Assembly: GCA_963826785.1 (NCBI GenBank)
Contig: CAWGYD010000006.1
Coordinates: forward strand, 160,001 to 224,000
Direction of reading: 5' to 3'
Length of the DNA: 64,000 nt
DNA from: an uncultured delta proteobacterium
GTDB taxonomy: Bacteria > Desulfobacterota > Desulfobacteria > Desulfobacterales > Desulfosalsimonadaceae
In this document: piece by piece, positions 50,218 through 58,459 of the stretch
How the letters are laid out: each line of letters opens with the position of its first letter
Numbering within the stretch: position 1 is the stretch's first letter
Notes under the pieces: model-generated
Database searches by the model: none
The model's input: the letters and a program-made list of their open reading frames with translations, nothing else
What the model was told of the DNA's origin: nothing
Translations under genes and position numbers: made by a program

Positions 50218-52266
50218 TTACCCCTGCGGTGAAGGTTCGGACCGGGCCGGTCCGCCGGAAACGAAATTGCCGGCTGCCGCTGCCATCTTGCGGTATCGCT
50301 CTTTCTCGATCCGCTCGACTTCAGCGGCGGGTATGGTATATTCTGTGTCGTCATTCGATCCGCGGGCAATCACCATGATGAGGATGCCCAGGGCGCATAG
50401 AATGGCCAGCCACCAGATGTACCAGATCATCCCAAACCCGAACAAAAAGGCCAGTATCCCGATGAAGAAGCCGTTGGGTGCGTTTTTGGGCATAGCGATA
50501 TCGTAGTACCGCCCCGGGTGAGTATGGGCGGTCCCCTTTTCCTTCATGTCCCTGAAGGCATAAATATCGTGGACGACCGGTATCCTGGCAAAATTATAGA
50601 CCGCGGGCGGCGAACTGGTCTTCCACTCCAGGGTGTGCCCGTCCCAGGGGTCTCCGGTATCGTCGCGAAGGGCCTTGCGGTCCCTGATGCTCAGGGCGAG
50701 CTGAAGCAATTGGAAGATGATGCCCAGCAGGATGACGGCCACGCCTGCGGCGGCCACCAGCAGGTAGGGCTTCCAGGCCAGTACCGAGTAATGCTGCATG
50801 CGGCGGGCCATGCCCATGAAGCCCAGCACGTAAAGGGGAATAAAGGCCAGATAAAAGCCGATGAGCCAGCACCAGAAGGCGAGCTTGCCCCAGCTCTCCT
50901 TCAGATGGAAACCAAGGGCCTTGGGAAACCAGTAATAGTATCCCGCGAAGAACCCGAACAGGGCCCCGGGGATCAATACGTTGTGAAAGTGGGCGATGAG
51001 AAACAGGCTGTTGTGGAGCACCCAGTCGGCCGGGGGCATGGACAGCAGCACCCCTGAAGCGCCGCCGACGGCGAAGGTCACGATAAAGCCCAGGGTCCAG
51101 TACATGGGCACGGTGAACCGGATGCGGCCCCGGTACATGGTGAACAGCCAGTTGAAGATCTTCACCCCGGTGGGGATGGCGATCATCATGGTGGCCACGC
51201 TGAAGAAGATGTTCACGTCGGCGCTGGCCCCCATGGTGAAGAAATGATGCAGCCACACGGAAAATGACAGGATCATGATCACGCCGGTGGCGTAGACCAG
51301 GGAGCGGTAGCCGAACAGCCGCTTGCCGGAGAAGGTGGACACCACCTCCGAGAAGACGCCGAAGGCCGGCAGGATCAGGATGTAAACCTCGGGATGCCCC
51401 CAGATCCAGAAGAGATTGATATACATCCGCATGTCGCCGCCCATGGTATTGGTGAAAAAATGCATCCCCAGGTAGCGGTCGAGGGTGGTCAGGGCCATGG
51501 CGACCGTCAGCACCGGAAAGGCCCCGATCATGAGCACATTGGTGAAAAAGGTGGTCCAGACAAACAGCGGCATGCGCATGAACTTCATGCCGGGGGCCCG
51601 CATTTTGACGATGGTGACCAGAAAATTAATGCCGGTCATGAGCGAGGCGACGCCGGCAATTTGGAACGACCATACCCAATAGTCCACTCCGGTGCCGGGG
51701 CTGTAAGCCTTTTCCGTCAAGGGGGCGTAACCGGACCAGCCGGCCTTGGAAAACTCGCCGATACCCAGCGACACCATCACCAGCAGGGCACCGGCAGTGG
51801 TCAGCCAGAGGCTCACCGAATTCATGAAGGGGTAGGCCACATCGCGTGCGCCAATCTGCTGCGGCATGGCGATATTCATCAGCCCTACCAGAAACGGCAT
51901 GGCCATGAAGATAATCATGATGGAGCCGTGCGCGCTGAAGATCTGGTCGAAGTGTTCGGGCGGCAGGTAGCCGTGGGCGGCCCCCAGGATGCCGGGGGAG
52001 GTGACCGCGCCCAGGGCCTGCTGGGAACGCATGAGGATGGCGTCTGAAAACCCGCGCAGCAGCATGATCAGCGCCAGGATGATGTACATGATGCCGATCT
52101 TCTTGTGGTCAAGGCTGGTAAACCATTCCCGGTAGAGGTATCCCCATTTCCGGTAATACGTGATCAGGGCCAGAATGATAAACGCCAGCACCAGGGCCCC
52201 GCTCACTGCGGATATCACGATCGGTTTGTCATAGGGTACGGCCGAGAGGCTTAATTTTCCAAACAC
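50218..52266 (-). CDS. cyoB: Cytochrome bo3 quinol oxidase subunit I
   Basis: [41 protein letters not shown]. Confidence 0.95.
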   Translation of the reverse strand: MFGKLSLSAVPYDKPIVISAVSGALVLAFIILALITYYRKWGYLYREWFTSLDHKKIGIMYIILALIMLLRGFSDAILMRSQQALGAVTSPGILGAAHGYLPPEHFDQIFSAHGSIMIIFMAMPFLVGLMNIAMPQQIGARDVAYPFMNSVSLWLTTAGALLVMVSLGIGEFSKAGWSGYAPLTEKAYSPGTGVDYWVWSFQIAGVASLMTGINFLVTIVKMRAPGMKFMRMPLFVWTTFFTNVLMIGAFPVLTVAMALTTLDRYLGMHFFTNTMGGDMRMYINLFWIWGHPEVYILILPAFGVFSEVVSTFSGKRLFGYRSLVYATGVIMILSFSVWLHHFFTMGASADVNIFFSVATMMIAIPTGVKIFNWLFTMYRGRIRFTVPMYWTLGFIVTFAVGGASGVLLSMPPADWVLHNSLFLIAHFHNVLIPGALFGFFAGYYYWFPKALGFHLKESWGKLAFWCWLIGFYLAFIPLYVLGFMGMARRMQHYSVLAWKPYLLVAAAGVAVILLGIIFQLLQLALSIRDRKALRDDTGDPWDGHTLEWKTSSPPAVYNFARIPVVHDIYAFRDMKEKGTAHTHPGRYYDIAMPKNAPNGFFIGILAFLFGFGMIWYIWWLAILCALGILIMVIARGSNDDTEYTIPAAEVERIEKERYRKMAAAAGNFVSGGPARSEPSPQG

Positions 52267-52267
52267 G

Positions 52268-53170
52268 TTAATCTTTCTCCAATACGCCGGCAGTCGGGTT
52301 CGTTAAAACAAAATCCCTGTTTTCGGGGCCTGGATGATGGTATTTGCGCATGACGTGTTCAAACAGGCCGGGCTGGACCGACGAGAAGGTCACCGGGTGG
52401 GACGTACCGGGTTCGGCGAGCTTCTCGTATCTGGGCAAATCGAGTGTTTCCGGTGACTGCCGGGCCTGTTGCACCCAGGCCTCAAATTCCTCACGGGATG
52501 CGGCGATCGCCTTGAAATGCATGTCGGCATAGCCGCTGCCGCTGAATTGCTGATTGTGGCCGCGGAAGGTGCCCTCTTCGTCGGCCAATAGATGAAGCCG
52601 GCTCTGCCCCCCCGGCATGGCGTAAATCTGGCTGCCCAACTGGGGGATAAAGAAGGATGTCAATACCGTGCCGGCGGTGAGCTTGAAGCTCAAAGGGACA
52701 TGGGCGGGGAAAACCAGCTGATTGACGGCCGCGATATTCTGCTCCGGATAGATAAAGAGCCATTTCCAGTCCAGGGACACCACCTCGATGGTCAGGGGCT
52801 TTTCGCCGTTATGGATCGGCTTGTAGGGATCCAGATGATGAGTCCGGGTCCAGGACAGGTAGGCAAGGGCTGCCACGATGGCGACAGGGACCAGCCACAT
52901 GGCCAGGTCGATCTTGACGGAATAGTCCCATTTGGGCATGTAGGTGGCGCGGGGGTTTGAGGCCTTGTACTTTCGGGCAAACCAGTAGGCCATGACAAAA
53001 ACGGGAACAACCACGATCATCATGAGCGCGATGGCGACCACGATGACGAACAGTTCCCCGCTGCCGATGGGTCCCTTGGGATTGAACAGAATGATATCGC
53101 TGCAGCCGGAGAGCGGCCCCGTAACTAAAAGTGTATATCCGAGGAGAACAGCATCCTTTTTTCTTTTCAT
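52268..53170 (-). CDS. cyoA: Cytochrome bo3 quinol oxidase subunit II
   Basis: Lipobox [34 protein letters not shown]; no CuA cysteines. Confidence 0.93.
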   Translation of the reverse strand: MKRKKDAVLLGYTLLVTGPLSGCSDIILFNPKGPIGSGELFVIVVAIALMMIVVVPVFVMAYWFARKYKASNPRATYMPKWDYSVKIDLAMWLVPVAIVAALAYLSWTRTHHLDPYKPIHNGEKPLTIEVVSLDWKWLFIYPEQNIAAVNQLVFPAHVPLSFKLTAGTVLTSFFIPQLGSQIYAMPGGQSRLHLLADEEGTFRGHNQQFSGSGYADMHFKAIAASREEFEAWVQQARQSPETLDLPRYEKLAEPGTSHPVTFSSVQPGLFEHVMRKYHHPGPENRDFVLTNPTAGVLEKD

Positions 53171-53524
53171 TGAGCCGCTCCAATCCGCCGCATGCCTTTG
53201 CCGGCGCAAAATTGCAGCACCGGATGGTGCATCTTTTCTCGCACCCCAGATGCTATCCGCTCAAGCTGATAATTTTCTACGAGGGTTATTTTCTGAAAAT
53301 ATAGGATTCATAGTTCCATCCTGCAAATCTGATGTCAGGGGAATCAGGGGATGGAAATGGGGGAATGGCAATGGGGGCACCAGCCTTATTTCTGCATTTG
53401 GTGCAAAATTCGGGCTGATTTCAGTCGATTTTTCTCATCGCCGGCAGGGGACGGGTACGGTGTCCCCGAAATTACCGGCATCAGGCGGAATCAGGAAGAA
53501 GAGGATTGCAAGAATCCGATCAAA

Positions 53525-54376
53525 TTAAGAGGGGGTGCTGTGCTTGTAGCCCCTGCGGCCTTTGTAGTTTTTTACGCAGTTGCCGAGGCCGAGCATCAGG
53601 GCGAGGCGGGCCTGAAGGCAACTCGGCAAAAGGCCGCGGGCGATGATGCCAAGCCGGATCTGCCATGGAATGACGACCATGTAGCGCTGCTTTTTGAGCC
53701 CCTTTTCCACGATGCCTTTTGCGATAATGTCGTGGTCTTTGACCGGAGGGGCCATCAGCCGTCCCAGAAGATTGAGTGAAAAGCCTTCGAACATGCCGGT
53801 GAGGATGTTTCCCGGGTGCACCGAGGTGAATTTCACCCCGTTTTTGCCGGCGGCCATGACTTCCAGGCGCAGCACATCGGTAAGCCCCCACACCGCCCAC
53901 TTGGAGGTGGTGTAGGCGGCCAAGCCGGGTGCGCTGGTCACGGCCACGCCGGAAGAGACATTGACGATGTGTCCTGAGTTTCGCGCCATCATGTCGGGCA
54001 GAAACTCATGAATGCTGTAAAACAGGGCATTCACGTTGACATCCATCTGCTTGACCGCATTTTCGACGGGCTGCTCCCAGAACATGCCGTTTCGCACGTA
54101 GCCGGCATTGTTGATCAGGATATCCACCCGGCCCATGTCCTTTGTCGCTTGGATGGCCAGTTCGCGGACCCGGTCCTTGTCGGAGACATCGCACACCCAG
54201 GCAAAGACCCGGCCGCCCATTTCTTTCAGCTCGGCTGCCGCCGCCGCCAGATCCTTTTCGGCAAGGTCCCAGATGGTCACCTCGCAACCTTCTTTCACCA
54301 AACGCCTGCAAACGGCCAACCCGATCCCCATGGCCCCACCCGTCACAATCGCCTTTTTCCCCTTCAAATTCATCAT
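53525..54376 (-). CDS. Short-chain dehydrogenase/reductase
   Basis: TGGAMGIG, NNAG, NVSS, YTTSK. Confidence 0.92.
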   Translation of the reverse strand: MMNLKGKKAIVTGGAMGIGLAVCRRLVKEGCEVTIWDLAEKDLAAAAAELKEMGGRVFAWVCDVSDKDRVRELAIQATKDMGRVDILINNAGYVRNGMFWEQPVENAVKQMDVNVNALFYSIHEFLPDMMARNSGHIVNVSSGVAVTSAPGLAAYTTSKWAVWGLTDVLRLEVMAAGKNGVKFTSVHPGNILTGMFEGFSLNLLGRLMAPPVKDHDIIAKGIVEKGLKKQRYMVVIPWQIRLGIIARGLLPSCLQARLALMLGLGNCVKNYKGRRGYKHSTPS

Positions 54377-55612
54377 AGGGACGCCCTTTACATTTTTATA
54401 TTTTTCAAAATCTCCTGCAGCACCAAACCCTCTTTTTGAGCCAATCGAATTCCCCTTTTAACCGCAACGCTTACAGTGGGCACCGAGATTTTCAAACTGC
54501 CTGCCACATCCGTCATGGACATACCCAGCCCGCGCACCGCCCAATGACAGACAAGGGCACGCGCCTTCGTGATGACGCGCACTTTGGACGGCCCGACAAT
54601 CTCTTCCGGATCGATCCCGAGAAAACGGGATACGGCTGAAATAACATGTTCCAGTGTCACGCCCCTGGCGACGGGCTCGTATCGCGTTTGCATGCGCTCA
54701 CGGGCATTGGCCAAGACAGATTCGACAAAGTCCCCGTCCCCGAGAATGCGCTCATCGCTTTTTTGGAAAGCTCCGGTCCTGCGCAGTGATTGAACTGATG
54801 TCCATCCGCCGGCGCTTCGAATCAGTCCGCCGCCAACAAGCTCCGGCTGTCGCCCCTTTTCGATACCCTTTATAAGATATTCCCGATAGCTTTGCCGCGC
54901 CGCATTTTTCTTCCTGCCGAAAAATGCCAGCACGTCCTCGATTGATTGCCAGTCGTTGCGCCGTTTTGCCATCAGGTAACTATGCCCTGCAAATTGATAA
55001 TGGTCCAATTCGCCAATATCATAAACCAATCCGGCCCTGAGCGGGTTAAGATGGATGTAGCGAACCAGTTCTTTCAAATATACGTCTTCCTGGCACAGAA
55101 TCGATTTGTACCTGTTCTGAAAAACGTGCCCACATCGCTCGTGGCGCCGGTTATAACTTACTGCATAGCCGGTCAGAAGTCGGCGCATGACAGTGGAAAT
55201 CGGTTCATTTCCGGTTTTCAGCAGCAGGTGGAAGTGGTTGGGGATCAATGCCCACGAGAAGCATTTCGTTTGGGTTTCAATAATGATCTGGCCGAGACGC
55301 TTCAAAAAATTTTCACAATCCTGATCATCACGGAATATCCGGCCTTGCTCGATCCCCCTGGCAATGATGTGATGCACCGCCCCCGGCGCGTCTATGCGTG
55401 CTTGTCTTGGCATACCAAATCCATAGCACATGATCAGATTAATATAAAGTATAAAGGGCGTCCCACAATTGAGGGACGCCCTTTATACTTTATATTTAGC
55501 TGTTGCGGTTGAGTCCGGTTGTTTCTCGATCCAGGGGTTGGTGTTTGTGCAATACTTCATCACACTTTACCAGAGCGATATCTGAAATGTAAAATGTAAA
55601 GGGCGTCCCTAT
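54375..55612. mobile_element. RAYT locus bounded by perfect 22-bp inverted repeats, with an internal 24-bp-stem hairpin
   Basis: ATAGGGACGCCCTTTACATTTT (54375-54396) / AAAATGTAAAGGGCGTCCCTAT (55591-55612); hairpin at 55441-55496. Confidence 0.8.
54388..55413 (-). CDS. REP-associated tyrosine (HUH Y1, IS200-like) transposase with C-terminal HTH
   Basis: MPRQARIDAPGAVHHIIARG...IF...PNHFHLL...GHVFQNRYKS...YIHLNPLRAG. Confidence 0.88.
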   Translation of the reverse strand: MPRQARIDAPGAVHHIIARGIEQGRIFRDDQDCENFLKRLGQIIIETQTKCFSWALIPNHFHLLLKTGNEPISTVMRRLLTGYAVSYNRRHERCGHVFQNRYKSILCQEDVYLKELVRYIHLNPLRAGLVYDIGELDHYQFAGHSYLMAKRRNDWQSIEDVLAFFGRKKNAARQSYREYLIKGIEKGRQPELVGGGLIRSAGGWTSVQSLRRTGAFQKSDERILGDGDFVESVLANARERMQTRYEPVARGVTLEHVISAVSRFLGIDPEEIVGPSKVRVITKARALVCHWAVRGLGMSMTDVAGSLKISVPTVSVAVKRGIRLAQKEGLVLQEILKNIKM

Positions 55613-56362
55613 CTATTGGATTTGAAATTGTTCGATGAAGATGACTTCGCAGGCGCCGTTGCCGGTATCGTTTCGGGACAGGGAGCTTTTCCACTTCCAG
55701 TTGTCTTCTCCCGTCACCTGCACCAGGTATCCGTCAAAATCGACGATGTCGCCGGTTCGGGCCGCCTTTATCTGTTTTAATACGGACGAATCCGCCGGGA
55801 TCAGGTGCATGTTGGCGCTGTGGGTTTCAATTTCATTTTTGGGGATGGGAAACTGATCGGTCGACCAGAAGTAAAACCGGTTGGATTGATGAATTTTGAG
55901 TTTCTGAAGGACGGATTCATCCGACATCCTGCCCCAGCCCAGCGCCAGATCAATGGGCGCCAGGTCCGACTCACGGCCGAATGAATATTTCTTCTTGCTC
56001 AGCACCCGGGCATTGACGTGAAAATCGGCCAGCGGGGTCACCTGGTATGCTTTGAACGCAAAAGGCGCGGTGGAGGGGGCGGTCTGTTCGGGCGGATCCT
56101 GCGCCATTACACCCGGGCCATGGGAAACCGGCCGGCTGCTCCACCAGTCGAATGCCCCGTAAAGGATGATAATGAGGGAAAGCAGGGCGACCGCGAAGGA
56201 TTTTACCGGAAGACCCGAAGACGTGTCCTTCGGGGATTGCGTTTCAGGGACGGAGCCCGGCGGCGGCCGCATCGGATGTTCATTGTATTTGCGGATGATA
56301 ATTCCGCACGAGATGCATTCCAGGGCTTGGGGCTGCTCAAAACCGCATTTGGGGCACTTCAT
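55613..56362 (-). CDS. Membrane protein with N-terminal zinc ribbon
   Basis: CPKCG...CISCG; TM; PIDLALGWG...HSANMHLIP...SRNDTGNGACE. Confidence 0.7.
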   Translation of the reverse strand: MKCPKCGFEQPQALECISCGIIIRKYNEHPMRPPPGSVPETQSPKDTSSGLPVKSFAVALLSLIIILYGAFDWWSSRPVSHGPGVMAQDPPEQTAPSTAPFAFKAYQVTPLADFHVNARVLSKKKYSFGRESDLAPIDLALGWGRMSDESVLQKLKIHQSNRFYFWSTDQFPIPKNEIETHSANMHLIPADSSVLKQIKAARTGDIVDFDGYLVQVTGEDNWKWKSSLSRNDTGNGACEVIFIEQFQIQ

Positions 56363-56424
56363 GAAAACTCCTTGTGTGCGGGGCGCGGGCTGAAATTTCA
56401 GAAACGATGGACCTTTGCCCGAAT

Positions 56425-57282
56425 TTAGAAGTCGGCCCAGTCAGTGACGGGCCGGAGCGGCACCGGCGGGTAGATCTGGCCATGGCTGGGGGGCATGGAA
56501 TTATAAACCCAATCGATATCAATTGTTCCCAAATTCAACAACCGTATACGATTGAATCCGTTGAATTTGCCCCGGGTCAAAACGTCCTCCATTTTCATGG
56601 TCAGGCCGAATACCGAAACGGTTTGTCCGGCGGGGATGGCTTTCAGTTCGGATCCGTATGCATAGGGGGTGAAGGCCAGCCGGCGGCTGTCCGCGGCCTG
56701 GCACTGGAGCATGGGAACGATCTCCGGAAACCCGTCCGCTTTCACCCAGGCGATGAATTTGAGCGAATCGATGGCGTTGAACAGGTTTTCGGAAAACGGG
56801 GTCAGAATGCGGCGGTCCTTCCCGGTGGCCGCTGCACTCCTGGCAATCCGGGTCGTCAGCGAGGATGCGATGATCGACGCCAGCGGAAGCCCGTCCGGGC
56901 CGCGCAGATCCACCAGGTCGAGGTAATGGACGGTGTTGATCCCGAAATAGGAATTGTACCGGAACATGGGCAGGTTGTTGTAGGCCTCATATTCCGGCCC
57001 CTCGGTTTTGAGATGCGTCCAGGACGCATGCCCCCGCCACATTTTCCGGTTCATGGTCAGCACCAGAAAGGCAACTCTGGGGTTCTTTTGAATAAAGGAC
57101 TTGCTCTGCCCCTTGCAGAATTCGCCCAGGGTGATTCCGCTTTTGCCGGCGGCCCGCAGGGAGGTGATCAGGGTGATGTGGGGCAGGCCCGCGGGGTTGA
57201 TCGATGCCACCAGCCCGATCTTTTCATTGGGCGAAAACGCTTCGATGGTCTGTTCATCCATTTCATTAAGATCGTAGCTCAC
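56425..57282 (-). CDS. Tandem pyridoxamine-5'-phosphate-oxidase-like (FMN-binding split barrel) protein
   Basis: GLVASINPAGLPHIT and FIAWVKADGFPEIVP half-repeats; GTG start overlaps the end of the activase. Confidence 0.65.
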   Translation of the reverse strand: MSYDLNEMDEQTIEAFSPNEKIGLVASINPAGLPHITLITSLRAAGKSGITLGEFCKGQSKSFIQKNPRVAFLVLTMNRKMWRGHASWTHLKTEGPEYEAYNNLPMFRYNSYFGINTVHYLDLVDLRGPDGLPLASIIASSLTTRIARSAAATGKDRRILTPFSENLFNAIDSLKFIAWVKADGFPEIVPMLQCQAADSRRLAFTPYAYGSELKAIPAGQTVSVFGLTMKMEDVLTRGKFNGFNRIRLLNLGTIDIDWVYNSMPPSHGQIYPPVPLRPVTDWADF

Positions 57283-58426
57283 CTTGGGGCTCCTCCTCTG
57301 TGTTTTTCTTTTCCAGCCGGGCCGACCCCGACCAGGATACGATATCCGGATCGACGCCGGACGCCTTTGCGGTCCGGGCAAAATCGTTCATTTCCGCTTC
57401 GCTGAGCAGCGGGGTATCATGAAATTCCCATTTTCTGTCCAGGCGCAGGTACTTGTCTCTGCACAAATTGTTGAACGCGCACAGTTCCCAGCGGCTCACC
57501 ACGTCTTTTATGTTTTCGGCGATGAACCGGCCGATGGCCGCGATGTTGTCATGGTGTGCCGTGGCCCCCGGGATGACGGGCGTGCGGATCCACAGTTCCC
57601 GGGGATACAGGTGCGAACGGATGTAGTGGGCCGTATGCAGCAGATTTTCATGTATGTTTTGATTGCTGTGTCCGGTAAAGCGTCGATGGGCTTCCTCATC
57701 CATGATCTTGAGATCGAACAGCACCAGTGCCGCATGGGGAAGCAGGTGATCCAGCGCCTCGCGGCTGCACTGGCCGCAGGTGTCCATGGCGGTATGGAGC
57801 CCCGCTTCCCGCAGGGCCTGTAAAAACGCCCCCGCAAACCGGTGCTGCAGGGTCGGCTCCCCGCCGGATATGGTGATGCCGCCTTCGGATGCCTCAAAAT
57901 ACGCCCGGTCCTTGACCACCTCGGCCACCAGTTCGTCCACACGCCATTTTTTGCCCAGAAGTTCCAGGGCCGTGCCGGGGCATTCGGCCGCACACGCGCC
58001 GCACCCCTCGCAACGGGTGCGGTCGATGGCCATCCCCTGCTCCGAAAGTGTCAAGGCGCCGTTTTCGCATGTCTCAAGGCAGGTGCGACAGCCGATGCAC
58101 CGGTTGCCGATCCAGCAAAGCTGGGGTGAAATGGAGATGCTTTCCGGGTTGTGGCACCAGGCGCACGAAAGCGTGCATCCTTTGAAAAACACCGTGGTCC
58201 GGATCCCCGGCCCATCCTCGGTGGACATGCGCACGATCTCCAGGATGGTGCCGGTCAGATTTGAATTTTTTTCCTTTTTTCCGTTTGTCTGTAAAGACGG
58301 TTTATCCTTGCTCCCCCCTTTCGCAAAGGGGGGCAGGGGGGGATTTTTTGCAGGATCTGCTCCAAATCCCCCTAAATCCCCCTTTTCAAAGGGGGACTTT
58401 TCAGTTGCAGGCGCTTGTGGATTCAT
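57266..58426 (-). CDS. Glycyl-radical enzyme activating enzyme (radical SAM with ferredoxin insert)
   Basis: EDGPGIRTTVFFKGCTLSCAWCHNPE; CIGCRTC/CEGCGACAAECP; SGGEP; start uncertain. Confidence 0.92.
   Translation of the reverse strand: MNPQAPATEKSPFEKGDLGGFGADPAKNPPLPPFAKGGSKDKPSLQTNGKKEKNSNLTGTILEIVRMSTEDGPGIRTTVFFKGCTLSCAWCHNPESISISPQLCWIGNRCIGCRTCLETCENGALTLSEQGMAIDRTRCEGCGACAAECPGTALELLGKKWRVDELVAEVVKDRAYFEASEGGITISGGEPTLQHRFAGAFLQALREAGLHTAMDTCGQCSREALDHLLPHAALVLFDLKIMDEEAHRRFTGHSNQNIHENLLHTAHYIRSHLYPRELWIRTPVIPGATAHHDNIAAIGRFIAENIKDVVSRWELCAFNNLCRDKYLRLDRKWEFHDTPLLSEAEMNDFARTAKASGVDPDIVSWSGSARLEKKNTEEEPQGELRS
58311..58400. repeat. REP-like palindrome pair within the N-terminal coding region of the activase
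   Basis: CTCCCCCCTTTCGCAAAGGGGGGCAGGGGGGATTT and AAATCCCCCTAAATCCCCCTTTTCAAAGGGGGAC. Confidence 0.75.
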
Positions 58427-58459
58427 CCGCTTTTCCTGGCAATGCATTTTGAAGTTCTC

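Noticed and set aside
53340..53470. GGGGAC...GTCCCC short palindrome upstream of cyoA
   Set aside because: Could be a REP of another family, but it is single-copy here and too short to support.
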